NCBI GenBank assembly: GCA_002269645.1
Contig: NIVC01000527.1
Span: 248,001-312,000, forward strand
Direction: 5' to 3'
DNA length: 64,000 nucleotides
DNA from: Macrostomum lignano
Lineage: Eukaryota
In this document: positions 1 to 12,844 of the stretch, one piece after another
How the letters are laid out: each line of letters opens with the position of its first letter
Position numbering within the stretch: the stretch's first letter is position 1
Notes under the pieces: generated by a model
What the model was told of the DNA's origin: nothing
Seen by the model: the letters and a program-made list of their open reading frames with translations, nothing else
The model's database searches: none
Made by a program: the position numbers and the translations under genes

Positions 1-419
1 ATTGGCGGTGTAGGCGCTCATAATGGCGGTCTGCAGTTCCACCACCTCGACGTCCGCCTCCATGCGCAGCTGGCTGATGTACGAGCACATGAAGGTGCGC
101 ATTTCCACGGAGTTGTCGCTAGTCTGGGCCACGGTGAACACACGGAGGCGACACTTGCTCCAGAACTTGTTGCGTTTCAGTAAGTGAGCCAGTAGAAGTA
201 GCAGTCCTCCGTCGTGAACAATCCACCACAGATCGATGGTACCGGTCTGCTTCTGGTCCGGGAACTTCGTCGGGAAGTTGTCGACGTTCTTGGGCACGAG
301 GACGGCTTTGCCGCAGACGGCGCTAACCCGGATAACAGCCATGAACTTGTCGTAAGCTTCGGCATGGTGCCCTACGGAAGGGTCGGCAAGGAATGACCTC
401 GTATTAGGGAGATGTAGAC
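1..419 (-). CDS. SLC12A4-7/KCC: K-Cl cotransporter exon (C-terminal cytoplasmic domain); gene continues beyond the window edge
   Basis: Reads ...GTIDLWWIVHDGGLLLLLAHLLKRNKFWSKCRLRVFTVAQTSDNSVEM..., the KCC IDVWWIVHDGG motif. Acceptor ccag| at 420-422; phase 1 matches the donor at 2126. Confidence 0.93.
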
Positions 420-1444
420 CTGGTCACAGCTCATACCTCAACATTTTGCTCAGGTGCGCTGTCTGGCTTGCATTCCTTTCACAATCAGTTTAACACAGTC
501 ACACTTAGACACATACTGAGACACAAAGACCGCATTTGCGGAGGTGATATTGAGAATTTAGAAAATTTTTAATGTATGCGTAGCGAGAAAATTTTTTTTG
601 GTTCCGAAAAAATAGAATTGCACCAAAAATATAGGATGAACTATGGGCTTCCCATGAATTTTTAAGTAGTTGCAAGGGTGAGTTCTATACATATCGGTTC
701 GCTGCGATAATTCAGTAGATTCACGAAAGTCAGAGTTATTGTTAAAATCAGATTAAATCCGAAGCCTATTCCTAGCAGTTAGAGAACACTCCGTCAATCG
801 TTTAATGTCGCTCAATTTACTCAGAGATTGGGATCTGGGAAACTACAAACCCTGCCTCAAGCTCACAGAAATTCATAAGCAGCGCTAAAAATATTGGCTA
901 AGCAAAAACCGACCTCGTCACCTGTGAATAAGATTTTTAGTAGGGGTTATTCGTGGACAGTTGACGGTTGATACGTTTTAAATCACGTTTTAAGTCGACG
1001 GGAGCCTGCATGGCAGCTGACTGGAGCAGAGCGGAATGGAATCTGACACCAATCCACGCTTGGGACTGCGGGTTGGGCGGCACAGCTGCGAGGGACGCAG
1101 AGATAGGAAATTGGATTCGGAATGCTCGTGGGAGCATGGTGATTAGGCAGGCGGAGATCTCCTCAAACGAAAGAGAGAGAGAGGAGAGGTAGAGAGAGAG
1201 GGAGAGAGAAAGTGCTTGTACTACAAGACAGGGTATTTTCTTCTCCAACGTCGGGCAAAATTGAATTTCTTCTTACGGCGGCGAGGAAGAACCGGATGGG
1301 AGAGGTTTTGGAAATTCGACTGACCGTGCGAGATAAGTTTCTCTACTGAATCTCAGCTGTTGGCTTGGCATAATTTCGCAAAGCCAACCAGCTTATCATT
1401 TACGACAGGGTGGTCATCAGAGCCAGCAATGAAAACATAGGAAA

Positions 1445-2094
1445 CGTCAGTGCGGGAGACAGAATGCGTCAGTACGGAGGACAGAATGCGTCAGTACGGA
1501 GGACAGAATGCGTCAGTACGGAGGACAGAATGCGTCAGTACGGAGGACAGAATGCGTCAGTACGGAGGACAGAATGCGTCAGCACGGAGGACAGATTGCG
1601 TCAGCACGGAGGACAGAATGCGTCAGTACGGAGGACAGAATGCGTCAGTACGGAGGACAGAATGCGTCAGTACGGAGGACAGAATGCGTCAGTACGGAGG
1701 ACAGAATGCATCAGCACGGAGGACAGAATGCGTCAGCACGGAGGACAGAATGCGTCAACACGGAGGACAGAATGCGTCAGTACGGAGGACAGAATGCGTC
1801 AGTACGGAGGACAGAATGCGTCAGTACGGAGGACAGAATGCGTCAGTACGGAGGACAGAATGCGTCAGCACGGAGGACAGATTGCGTCAGCACGGAGGAC
1901 AGATTGCGTCAGCACGGAGGACAGAATGCGTCAGTACGGAGGACAGAATGCGTCAGTACGGAGGACAGAATGCGTCAGTACGGAGGACAGAATGCGTCAG
2001 CACGGAGGACAGAATGCGTCAGCACGGAGGACAGAATGCGTCAACACGGAGGACAGAATGCGTCAGTACGGAGGACAGAATGCGTCAGCACGGA
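1445..2094. repeat. 22-bp minisatellite (intronic), about 29 copies
   Basis: Unit cggaggacagaatgcgtcagta. Confidence 0.97.
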
Positions 2095-2126
2095 TGGGGA
2101 TCGGGCAATCCAGATTCTGTGCTCAC

Positions 2127-2957
2127 CAGACGACCAGGCGGTGGGGAATGACATCATGACGCAGTTGTGCTCCAGGCCTCCTAGGCCGGCGCTCTGCACC
2201 AGGTGCTCGATTCCCTGAACCACATCCTGGGAGACGATCATCTTGACAATGCCTTTCACCCGTTTAGCCTTCATCACGGAGCGCAGAGCAGCCTTGGCAT
2301 CGTCCAGGTCAGCGTAATGATCGTAGACCATGCCCTGGATGACGGAGCCAACGATGGTGAGGCCGCGGCCAGCCTTCAGCTGCGACAGAAGATCCAGCAG
2401 ACAGACGTGCTTCGGCTTCAAGTTGTCCCCGGCCTCCAGCAGCACAAGTAGCTGGGGCCGCCAGTTCTTAGCGTGAGGCGGCTTCTCGTCAACAGACAGC
2501 AGGGCTTTCTTGGCCGCCGACAACTGCAGGCCGTTGGTGGCGTCGCCCCACTCAATGGTGGCGCCCTTCCATTGCACGTAGAAGTAGATGGCCACAGCGA
2601 TGAACATTGCCAGGATAGCGAAGTACCAGCTGGACATGAACATCAGGCCCAGGCAGAACAGGAAGCCCAGGCTTGAGGTTGTCCAGTGGTAATACCGGAA
2701 GCTGGGCCGCCAGCTGGGCTCGCTCAGCAGGCTGTTCAAACAGGTGGCCATGTTGACGAAGCCGTAGCACATGAGAAAGAACTGGGATATCAGCGGCGTC
2801 AGTGCGTCGATGTCGGCGATCAGGACTCCGGCGGCGCACATCGACAGCGTGAGGAGCTGGGCTCGGAACGGCTCGCCGCGAGCGGTGGTGACCTTGAAGG
2901 GCGCCAGCAAGCCAATGACGCTGTCGGCAGCGATGGCCTGGAACAGGCGGGGAGCAC
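2127..2957 (-). CDS. SLC12A4-7/KCC: KCC exon (late TM helices, start of C-terminal domain)
   Basis: GAPRLFQAIAAD...FFLMCYGFVN...PSWRPSFRYYHW...KNWRPQLLVL. Acceptor ccgcag|, donor |gtgagc. Confidence 0.96.
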
Positions 2958-3051
2958 CTGCGGGAAATTTGGGATTCGGATTGCAAGCGACAGAGTGCGG
3001 GATCTGCTTTTGCTGTCGATTTTCGATCCCTGTAGATCTCCCCTATAATTC

Positions 3052-3899
3052 ACTCTTCTTCTTCCGCCTCTAACTCCCTCCTCTTGCGCCCTCTAATCCT
3101 CTTCCGCCTTCTCCCTCCTCTTGCGCCCTCTAATCCTCTTCCGCCTTCTCCCTCCTCTTGCGCCCTCTAATCCTCTTCCGCCTTCTCCCTCCTCTTGCGC
3201 CCTCTAATCCTCTTCCGCCTTCTCCCTCCTCTTGCGCCCTCTAATCCTCTTCCGCCTTCTCCCTCCTCTTCCGCCCTCTTCCTCCTCTTCCGCCCTCTCC
3301 CTCCTCTTCCGCCCTCTCCCTCCTCTTCCGCCCTCTCCCTCCTCTTCCGCCCTCTCCTTCATCTTCCGCCCTCTCCTTCATCTTCCGCCCTCTCCCTCAT
3401 CTTCCGCTTCTCCCTCCTCTTCCGCTTCTCCCTCCTTTTCCGCCCTCTCCCTCCTCTTCCGCCCTCTCCCTCCTCTTCCGCCCCTCCCTCCTCTTCCACT
3501 CTCTCCTTCATCTTCCGCCCTCTCCTTCATCTTCCGCCCTCTCCCTCCTCTTCCGCCCTCTCCCTCCTCTTGCGCCCTCTCCCTCCTCTTCCGCCCTCTC
3601 CCTCCTCTTTCGCCCTCTTCCTCCTCTTCCGCCCTCTCCCTCCTCTTCCGCCCTCTCCCTCCTCTTCCGCCCTCTCCCTCCTCTTCCGCCCTCTCCCTCC
3701 TCTTCCGCCCTCTTCCTCCTCTTCCGCCCCTCCCTCCTCTTCCGCCCTCTCCCTCCTCTTCCGCCCCTCCCTCCTCTTCCACTCTCTCCTTCATCTTCCG
3801 CCCTCTCCTTCATCTTCCGCCCTCTCCCTCCTCTTGCGCCCTCTCCTTCATCTTCCGCCCTCTCCCTCCTCTTGCGCCCTCTCCTTCCGCTTCCGCCTT
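3052..3899. repeat. 19-bp pyrimidine-rich minisatellite (intronic)
   Basis: Unit ctcttccgccctctccctc; 38-bp dimers at the left end. Confidence 0.95.
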
Positions 3900-3910
3900 C
3901 TAAATCTCAC

Positions 3911-4029
3911 CAGTAAGGCTCTGCAAGCCGGCTCCAACAGTGGACAGGCAGGAGCCAATCAAAATGAGCCACTCGGTTGGCCAGGCCATCAACGCTGCCA
4001 CCAATTTGCCGTCCAGACTGACGCCAAAT
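3911..4029 (-). CDS. SLC12A4-7/KCC: KCC exon
   Basis: [39 protein letters not shown](G); ttcag| and |gtgaga; phases fit both neighbours. Not shown in the ORF track. Confidence 0.92.
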
Positions 4030-4112
4030 CTGAAATTTTACACGGGGTAACAGCGGATCTTAGCACTGCATACAGGGCAAAACTGCCCCGGTTAAAAACA
4101 GTTCAAACTCAC

Positions 4113-4170
4113 TTGTCGCGAAGAAGGCGGCCGTCAACGTTAGCGGCAAATAGCAGGGTTGAGGCAATGT
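4113..4170 (-). CDS. SLC12A4-7/KCC: KCC 58-nt exon
   Basis: (Y)[18 protein letters not shown](K); ccag| and |gtgagt; phase 1 in, phase 2 out. Confidence 0.9.
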
Positions 4171-4299
4171 CTGGCGTGGGGATTGTCGCGCAATTGCGTT
4201 GCTTTGATTCAAGGAAAATAGTTTCTCTTTAAAGTACCTACGAAAGAGAAAGAGCATAAACGTTCTTTAGAGTGCCTCTGCCTTTAGAGTGCTCTTCAA

Positions 4300-4983
4300 T
4301 ACAGAGTGACTCTCCATTCAGAGTGGCCCTCCATTTACAGTGACCCTCTGTTCAGAGTGGCCCTCCATTCAGAGTGACCCTCTGTTCAAAGTGACTCTCA
4401 ATCCAGAGTGACCCTCTGTTCAGAGTGACTCTCAATCCAGAGTGACCCTCTGTTCAGAGTGACCCTCCATTCAGAGTAACCCTCCGTTCAGAGTGACCCT
4501 TAATTCAGAGTGACCCTCCATTCAGTGTGACCCTCCATTCAGAGTGACGCTCCATTCAGAGTGACCCTTAATTCAGAGTGACCCTCCATTCAGTGTGACC
4601 CTCCATTCAGAGTGACGCTCCATTCAGAGTGACCCTCAATTCAGAGTGACCCTCAATTCAGAGTGACCCTTAATTCAGAGTGACCCTCCATTCAGAGTGA
4701 CCCTCCATTCAGAGTGACCCTCAATTCAGAGTGACCCTCCATTCAGAGTGACGCTCCATTCAGAGTGACCCTCAATTCAGAGTGACCCTCCGTTTAGAGT
4801 GACCCTCCGTTCAGAGTGACCCTTAATTCAGAGTGACCCTCCATTCAGAGTGACCCTCCATTCAGAGTGACCCTCCATTTTGAGTGACCCTCCATTTTGA
4901 GTGACCCTCCATGCAGAGTGACCGTCTTTTTAGAGTGACCCTCTTTTCAGAGTGACCCTCTATTCAGAGTGACCCTCCATTCA
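4300..4983. repeat. 17-bp minisatellite (intronic)
   Basis: Unit cagagtgaccctccatt. Confidence 0.95.
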
Positions 4984-5006
4984 GACCCAGGCTCCGCAAA
5001 GGATAC

Positions 5007-5676
5007 AGACAGCAGAGGTGACCAGCACGGCGCCGACGGTGCCCCGCGGAATGGAAATGTGCGGCTTAGCCAAGTCGCCGCTCCTGTTGGAGCCGGCCAT
5101 GATGCCCGTGACGCTAGGAAAGTAGATCCCGATCAGCATGATCAGCGAGGTGCTAATATCCGCCATCGACGGCTCCTCGCCTCGGGCCTTGTCGCCCAGC
5201 TCCGGCGGATTGGAGTCGTACAGGTAGCCAGCGTCGGTGTAATGCGACGGCCAGAAGTTCTTGACGAAGACGCCGCTGGCGATGCCGGGGATGCCGGGGA
5301 ACGCGGACGCCTCGTTGCGCATGAAATACTGGCAGGCTTCCGAGTCCGTCTGGTTTTGGCAGTAGAGCCGGTAGATCGGCCCGCTGGGGTCTTTAGTGCA
5401 CTGCATGGTGCCATTCTCCATCAGGTCTTTGGTGCGCAGCAGCCGGCTGCCCAGGGCGCACATCCTCGGGCTGCTGCTGTCGTTGGACACGAAGAAGCCG
5501 ATGGTCAGGCTGAGGATTGAGATGAGCACGCAGGCAAGCGAGATGGGCGCCACCTTGGACACGAAGCGAATGCCGATCATCACGCAGATGCCCATCAGTG
5601 CCAGCAGTATCAGGCCGTAGATTCTTGCGTTGTTGAAGAAGTCTTCAAAGAGGGCCGCTTGAGGCACAATGTACTT
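5007..5676 (-). CDS. SLC12A4-7/KCC: KCC exon (extracellular loop, TM6)
   Basis: KYIVPQAALFE...IYFPSVTGIMAGSNRSGDL...SIPRGT; ctgcag| and |gtatcc. Confidence 0.96.
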
Positions 5677-5804
5677 CTGCAGAAGCAGGGTTTAGCGATG
5701 TTGTTGTTGTCGGCGATATGTACATCAGTCACGTGATTTGTGCCTTTACTTAGCAACTACGCTCGTAAAAGGCTTTTTAATTAGCGATGGCCCTCTCCTA
5801 CATC

Positions 5805-6640
5805 TGTTTTCTACCCCTCTACTTCTCTACTTCTGCCTCTCTACTTCTCTGCCTTCCTGTCTGTCTCTCTACTTCTCTCCATTCCTGTCTGTCTCTCTAT
5901 TTCTCTCCCTTCCTGTCTGTCTCTCTACTTCTCTCCCTTCTTGTCTGCCTCTCTACTTCTCTGCCTTCCTGTCTGTCTCTCTACTTCTCTCCCTTCCTGT
6001 CTGTCTCTCTACTTCTCTGCCTTCCTGTCTGCCTCTCTACTTCTCTCCCTTCCTGTCTGTCTCTCTACTTCTCTCCATTCCTGTCTGTCTCTCTATTTCT
6101 CTCCCTTCCTGTCTGTCTCTCTACTTCTCTCCCTTCTTGTCTGCCTCTCTACTTCTCTGCCTTCCTGTCTGTCTCTCTACTTCTCTCCCTTCCTGTCTGT
6201 CTCTCTACTTCTCTGCCTTCCTGTCTGCCTCTCTACTTCTCTCCCTTCCTGTCTGCCTCTCTACTTCTCTGCCTTCCTGTCTGCCTCTCTACTTCTCTCC
6301 CTTCCTGTCTGCCTCTCTACTTCTCTGCCTTCCTGTCTGCCTCTCTACTTCTCCCTTCCTGTCTGTCTCTCTACTTCTCTCCCTTCCTGTCGGCCTCTCT
6401 ACTTCTCCCTTCCTGTCTGTCTCTCTACTTCTCTGCCTTCCTGTCGGCCTCTCTACTTCTCCCTTCCTGTCTGTCTCTCTACTTCTCTGCCTTCCTGTCG
6501 GCCTCTCTACTTCTCCCTTCCTGTCTGTCTCTCTACTTCTCTCCCTTCCTGTCGGCCTCTCTACTTCTCCCTTCCTGTCTGCCTCTCTACTTCTCCCTTC
6601 CTGTCTGTCTCTCTACTTCTCTGTCTCCCTCTCTCCCTCT
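5805..6640. repeat. 28-bp pyrimidine-rich minisatellite (intronic)
   Basis: Unit ctctctacttctctcccttcctgtctgt. Confidence 0.95.
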
Positions 6641-7063
6641 CTATTTCTCTTCCAGCCAGGATCTTTTATTGGGGGCGGGGTCCGTATTTTTGGAGTGGAC
6701 ACCACCAGTCTCTGGGGAAGCAGCACTACGGTTGCCACCTACTTTTGCCAGCCGATAACGGGCCTTTCTTTCCCTGCGTGACAGCGTAAAGTTGGCGGCT
6801 GGGAGGTTATCTTATCTTCTTCAACTTCTCTGACTCTACTTCTCCTACTCTACTTCTTCCACTCAACCTCTCACAATCTACTTCAACTCTACTTGAAGTC
6901 GATTCTTCTCCTACTCGATTTCTCGTAGTCTACTTCTCATTCACTACTCCTCTCGTTTCCTGTCTCCCTCTCTCCCTCCCTTCTGCCTCCCTGCTTCCCT
7001 GTCTACTTATCAGCCAGTCTCCCCGGTACTCCTCCCAGCAGCAAAGCAATTCCCCCAACTCAC

Positions 7064-7504
7064 GATGGCAATCTCGATCGCGCCCACAACGTACATAGCG
7101 GCAGCCACTGTGTTGGCCAAATAGAACAGAACGCCAACAGCGGAGCCGAACTCGGGGCCGAGCGAGCGCGATATCATGAAATAGGAGCCGCCGGCTGGAA
7201 CCCGGCCATTCGTGGCGATGGCGGACATGGAGATGGCAGTCAGCAGAGTGCAGGTGCAGCAGGCCAGCACGATCATGAGGGTCTGGAAGCCGCCAGCGAC
7301 GCCGACAATCCAGCCGAGTCTGATGAACAGCAGCACGCCGAAGATGTTCTGAATGCAGGGAAAGAACACGCCCAGGATGGTGCCGAGGTTCGCGGCCTTC
7401 TGCTCCTCGCCGTGCGCCTCTCCACTAGTCGGGTTGATGCCGGCGCGGTACTGGATGAGCTGGGTGAGCACCGAGGCCACCCGAGGCCTGCCGGTGTACT
7501 CTTC
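7064..7504 (-). CDS. SLC12A4-7/KCC: KCC exon (TM1-3)
   Basis: [13 protein letters not shown]...[29 protein letters not shown]...[14 protein letters not shown]; ctgcag| and |gtgagt. Confidence 0.96.
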
Positions 7505-7517
7505 CTGCAGAGTGGAC

Positions 7518-7800
7518 GTGTCTGTCTCAGTATGTGTCTTAGTGTGTCTCAGTATGTGTCTTAGTGTGTCTCAGTGTGTTTTTGTGTCTCTCAGTATGTG
7601 TCTTAGTGTGTCTCAGTATGTGTCTTAGTGTGTCTCAGTTTGTGTCTTAGTGTGTCTCAGTTTGTGTCTTAGTGTGTCAGTATGTGTCTTAGTGTGCCTC
7701 TCAGATGTGTCAGTGTCTCTCAGTTTGTGTCTTAGTGTGTCTCGGTATGTCTTAGTTTATTTTATTGTGTCTTCGTGTATCTCCGCATGCATCTTAGTGT
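7518..7800. repeat. 22-bp TG-rich minisatellite (intronic)
   Basis: Unit gtgtcttagtgtgtctcagtat. Confidence 0.9.
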
Positions 7801-8385
7801 GGCTCAGATCTTTCCAAAACGCGCCTTTATTTATCTCCTGAGCTTCTAACGCCCCGAAAATGGAATTGGAATTTCCTCACTGGACCCCCTGAAGATTAAT
7901 TAGTTCCGATGGCCGAACAGAGATAGACTCAGCCGAACGGAACGAACTCAAACACCGGTAAACACAGTTCACAAGAGCAGAAAAACTCGAAATCTCGAAG
8001 CGCACGCCAAGTCAAAGCGCTCAGGATCTGGATACATTCGAGAGCATCCGTATAAATCGGATTCGATCTGTGTGAGAAAAATTGTGAGCTGACGGCGGGG
8101 GGGGCTTTTTGTGAGCACTCTCTTGCTCTCTCAAACAGGAATAGCCAAACAGCCTGCGATTCTCATTAAACAGAACGGAAGGAAGAGCGATCTCAGAGGC
8201 CAAGGCTCAGACATGAGCTCAACAAGGCTCACAGCGAGCGGATTAAGTCAGATGCTGCTGACGGGACAAAGTTTTTGACACTCAGAGGGATTAAAGAAAA
8301 CCCGCTGCCCAGAGGCGACCTCCGTTGGACTTTTTGTTCGTTCCAGAATTCTGTTTGCAAGTAGCTCTGTTGCCTTTTTGCTCAC

Positions 8386-8810
8386 TATGACTCCCTATGA
8401 CTCCCTATGACTCAGTATGACCCTAAGTATGACTCTCAGAGTATGACTCTCACTATGACTCTTAGTATGACTCTCAGTATGACTCTTAGTATGACTCTTA
8501 TTATGACTCTCACTATGACTCTTAGTATGACTCTTAGTATGACTCTTAGTATGACTCTTATTAAGACTCTCAATATGATTCTCACTATGACTCTTAGTAT
8601 GACTCTCAGTATGACTCTCAGAATGTCTCTCAATATAACCCTCACTATGACCCCCACTATGACTCTCGGTATGACTCTCAGAATGTCTCCCACTATGACT
8701 CTCACAATGACCCTCGCTATGACTCCCACTATGACTCTCAATATGACTCTCAGAATGTCTCTAACTATGACCCTCAATATGACTCTCAGTATGACTCTCA
8801 GTATGACTCT
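8386..8810. repeat. 12-bp minisatellite (intronic)
   Basis: Unit tatgactctcag. Confidence 0.93.
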
Positions 8811-9819
8811 CCCTTTCTCTCCAATTGATAGTATGAGCGACACTATGACTCTCTATATAATCCCCAGCACCAGTCCATGAGAAACGCATGGACCGGCCAT
8901 CCTCTCCGGCAACAGCTTTTCTCATCGAACCAGCCACTAAAATTAATGAGGTTCCGTCCCGATTCATACCGCCGTCCTGTTAGTCGCATTTGTTCCCCCA
9001 ATTTTGAACGTTTTTTTGCCTCGTGCGGACAAACTTAATCGCTGTATTAGTTGGACGAAGACGCTTGGAGGATACTAGCTGGGACCTCCTCGTGGGCTAC
9101 TCGAGCGTAAGGAACACTCGTCCGCTCATTTTTTGCCGACTGCGTCACTAAATTGAGCCGATTGCCCCCCCCGAATTTCTTTGATGACCGAATGATTGGG
9201 ATCTGTGCGGAAGGAATCGCTGAGCAAGTAAGGGGAAGTCAAAGCGCTGAAGAGCTTGATTGAGAGCTGGCAGAGTGGCCACACTCTCTAGCCGCCGTGA
9301 ATTGAGGTCAAACGAGACCCAAGGGATGCCAACGATGAGAGGGACTTCGCACGCAGATCCGGAAACCCGGAAAATTTTTGACGGCCTCTCAAATCTCACG
9401 CTCTGGAATTTCAATCATTTGCCACACGCACATTGGGGTTGGAGCTGCGGCGATCGAGTGTTTTGTCATTCCTTAGTCAGACAAATCGAATTGATACAAA
9501 CTGGCTACTCGCTTATCAAACCATGCAACACCCACAGGGCTACAGTGTGTTATCCTTTACCACCTTTACATTGAAAGCTGCCACTAAATATGGTCGCTGT
9601 TTAAGGCAAGGCGCGAAGCTTCAGGTGTTGGGCAAAAGGAGATTTCGAGGGACCTGGGTAGGCGAATTTTTTGTGCCAGATTTCTGGGTAGAAGCGTGGG
9701 ATTCAGGTGAAAAGCAGAGAATTTTAAAAAGCCATTACAGGCTTCCTTAATGCTATTTTCCTTTCTACGCCTGGGGTACATTTCAAAGCCGGCATTGAGT
9801 GCGGAAGACACATTCTCAC

Positions 9820-9880
9820 CCTGTACAGGTCCAGGTCGTCCAGGTCTTCATTCAACGCCTCGCCCTCCTTATGGTGGTGC

Positions 9881-9917
<37 letters not shown>

Positions 9918-9929
9918 TGCCATCTTCAG
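9820..9929 (-). CDS. SLC12A4-7/KCC: KCC exon 2 with poly-Gly tract
   Basis: EDGS(G)12HHHKEGEALNEDLDDLDLYR joins EEY to give the KCC-like LxLYxEE motif; ctacag| and |gtgaga. Confidence 0.8.
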
Positions 9930-10024
9930 CTGTAGTGTGGCAAAGGGAGATTTGAAGAGGAGGATGTTTTTTTAAGGCACTGGAGAGCTGAGCTGCATTG
10001 CAAGTTGCTAGCTTCAGGCGCTTT

Positions 10025-10183
10025 GCTAATCCCCAGCTAATCCGGGCACCCATTTTATAGCTGGGTGAACTGAAGCAATTCAGAGCTAAGTGTCTTGCTC
10101 AAGGACACAAATTGTTCCGAGTGGGTAGGGAATCGAACCCCCGGCCTTTCAAGTCGCGAGTCCAACGCTCTGGCCACTAGGCT
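10025..10183 (-). mobile_element. tRNA-derived SINE, family A (partial)
   Basis: Reverse strand shows box A-like agcctagtggccagagcg, box B ggttcgattcc, then gtgtccttgagcaagacact...cttcagttcacccag. Matches the copies at 21672 and 30560. Confidence 0.85.
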
Positions 10184-10957
10184 GAAACCCCAATGATTAG
10201 TTATGTAGTTCTATATTTTTCTGGAAGCCAATTAATCGAGTGCACAAAAATGCATTGGGTACCCCTGCGATGATGGAGTGCAGATGCTGAACTTGAGCAG
10301 GCTTACCAGCAAATTATTACGAGATTATTACATCGTAAGCCTATAGCCTGCCTGGTAGACTTACGGAAGGCAATACGGAAGGCGCAAGATACGAAAGTCT
10401 CGTACGGTCAAGGACAGGGAGAAAAAATGAGATGCTCCGAGTATGAGAAGTCGGGCAAGCATAGACACTAATGATGGGACTGACCAGCGGACCTTGGCTG
10501 CTAACACCGCGTAAGCCTCGGTCTTAGCCAGCGGCCTGGGTACGGGAGGGTAAGGGCTTAGGAAAATTGAGAGAAGGAGAATATGGGGAATACTTTCCGA
10601 GTCTTCCGGACTTCCGGACTTCCGGGCTTCTTCCGGACGTCTTCGGAAGGGGAATACTTTCGTATCCTGGGCCAACGCTTTTTTCTCCCGCGATGCTAGT
10701 CAAATGAATTAATCAATGAGGTGGACAAAAACTGGACTGAGTAAGCACAGAGGAGCCAATTATTTATTTGGGAAGAAATATCATCGTGGCTTTGACGCTA
10801 CCTGGCTGCCTGGTGCTTGGACAGGTACGTGAGCGAGAATTGATTTACCTTTGTGAGCTCCTCAGAGTCGAACAGGGAAAAGTGAGACTGAGGCCCTGAC
10901 CACGCAACCATTGTAGGAGTAGCGTGGATTTGAAATTGGCTTTTTTTAGTCACTCAC

Positions 10958-11093
10958 ATCGGCTGCGAAGAGTGTGCGAAAGAGCTACAAGGATGCTGCT
11001 CTTTCTCCGATGCGGAATCGGCTGCACATGCTGCTGCTGCCCGGTCTCTGGAGAAGCCTCTATATCTGGCGTCTGGTCCGACATGCGATCCAT
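10958..11093 (-). CDS. candidate alternative first coding exon 1b of KCC
   Basis: ATG at 11093, MDRMSDQTPDIEASPETGQQQHVQPIPHRRKSSILVALSHTLRSR, 136 nt, donor |gtgagt in phase 1 matching exon 9820-9929. Confidence 0.55.
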
Positions 11094-11767
11094 GTCGTTT
11101 AGGGAGCGGAGAGCTAGCGATAGCGATCCCCAGCGTTGGAGTCGGGGAGAGAGTCGCTGCGGTAGAGGGACACGACAGGTTTAGTAGAAGACTACTCTAA
11201 ACCTGTCGCTATTTATCTACGCGTCTCCTGCAGCCGGTTGCTGGTTGGCTGGGCCACCTCTCAGCCTCTTCCTCTCCTGCCCTGCAGCACCGCCCTCTGC
11301 TCCTTCAGACCCAAGGCCCCTCGGTCTCCAAAGAAGTCCACCCCCTCTCCTGCATCCCATCCAGCTCCATCCCCAATAACCCTCTCCCTCCTTTTCCTCC
11401 CTGCCATCCTACTGGCAAACTGCAAACTGTCGCCTATTTTGACTGCAACCGAGCCGGACCAATCGGCGCAGCGCAGAAGAAAGTTTCCCCGTCTGGACAA
11501 CTGAGAAGGGAGGGGCGCAGAGATGATGGAGAAAGTGGAGAAGCTGGGGTAAGTCCAAAGCCTAAAGCTTGGCTGTGTATGCAGCATTTTATGCCACTAA
11601 TTCGTAGATTCCACTGGCCTCGACGAGCTTACATGCTCACGCTCAGTCAACAGGCTCTGAGCAAGGGCGTCGCCACTGGGGGGGACAGGGGGGACATGCC
11701 ATGCGCTTGGTCCCCCGCCCCACCTGGTGACCCGTTATGGAAATCAATAATTTTGCTTCAGGGCCCC

Positions 11768-11995
11768 GAAATGAGTGCCTGCGGCGCCAAAATGAGTGCC
11801 TGCGGCGCCAGAATGAGTGCCTGCGGCGCCAAAATGAGTGCTTGCTTGAGGCGCCAAAATGAGTGACTGCGGCGCCAAAATGAGTGCCTGCGGCGCCAGA
11901 ATGAGTGCCTGCGGCGCCAAAATGAGTGCTTGCTTGAGGCGCAAAAATGAGTGACTGCGGCGCCAAAATGAGTGCCCGCGGCGCCAAATGAGCGC
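11768..11995. repeat. 21/25-bp minisatellite with a duplicated 4-unit (88-bp) block
   Basis: Unit aaaatgagtgcctgcggcgcc; variant order repeats twice. Confidence 0.9.
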
Positions 11996-12844
11996 TGACA
12001 ACACCGATTCTGAAAATACATGTACATCTACATGTAGAATTTTTGGCTTTATCCCCCCACCATAAAATCCATGGCGATGCCCCTGGCTCTGAGTATCCGG
12101 TGGCAAACCAAGACTTAGCACCGAGCAGGGGGACGCCACCCCTTGCAGAAGAAGTCCTGACGGCGGGGGTGACCCAGCAGGGCATGAGAAAGTTGTAGGC
12201 TTAGCAGAAGGCGACACGCGAGGAAGCGGGTGCGCAAATAAGGAGGGATCGGTGGCTGCAGGGGGAGGGGGCGTAGGGGCCGCAGCAGACCAGCAGAAAA
12301 AAAAGAAGAAGAAGAGGCTTGGAAAGCGGCTGCCGGATAAAACTTGGGCGGCCAGTTTAGTCCGGATTTCTAGCGGCGGCTCGGTAAAAACACGCACCCC
12401 ACAGCATCCCGGAAAGCTGCGCCGCTTCATCAGCGCGGGGAATTAGCTCCCACTAAACGAGGGGCTTGAGGTGGGGCTGCTCGGTCGCCACTGATGCAAT
12501 TAGGGGAGGGGGGCTGGTCTGCTTGAAGCTCTCAATTCGCGGCTAAATTTGAGCTGCCAAGGCTTGGCATGAAGCTTTGCTCAAACTTGGGCGGTATGAG
12601 TCCGAATCTTGGCCGGCTGTAGTTCAATTACTGGGGAGGGCCCTTGGACAGCCCCGCCCGTTTTTGGTCGCGAATCTTCTGCCTCAGCCGCCACAGACGG
12701 CGGGCATCCTGGAGGAGGTGCTCAGCGACCGGAGAAAATGAACCGCTGCAAGGGGAGCTGGGGTTCGACTCAGCCGTGTAACCAAATAGACGGGCGAAGT
12801 GTCAGTCCTCATCAAAGAAATTGGTTTGGCTGCACGAACTTAGA

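Noticed and set aside
9081-9110. HDV-like ribozyme core (acc tcctcgt ggg)
   Set aside because: P3 has an A-G mismatch and I found no P1 partner upstream.
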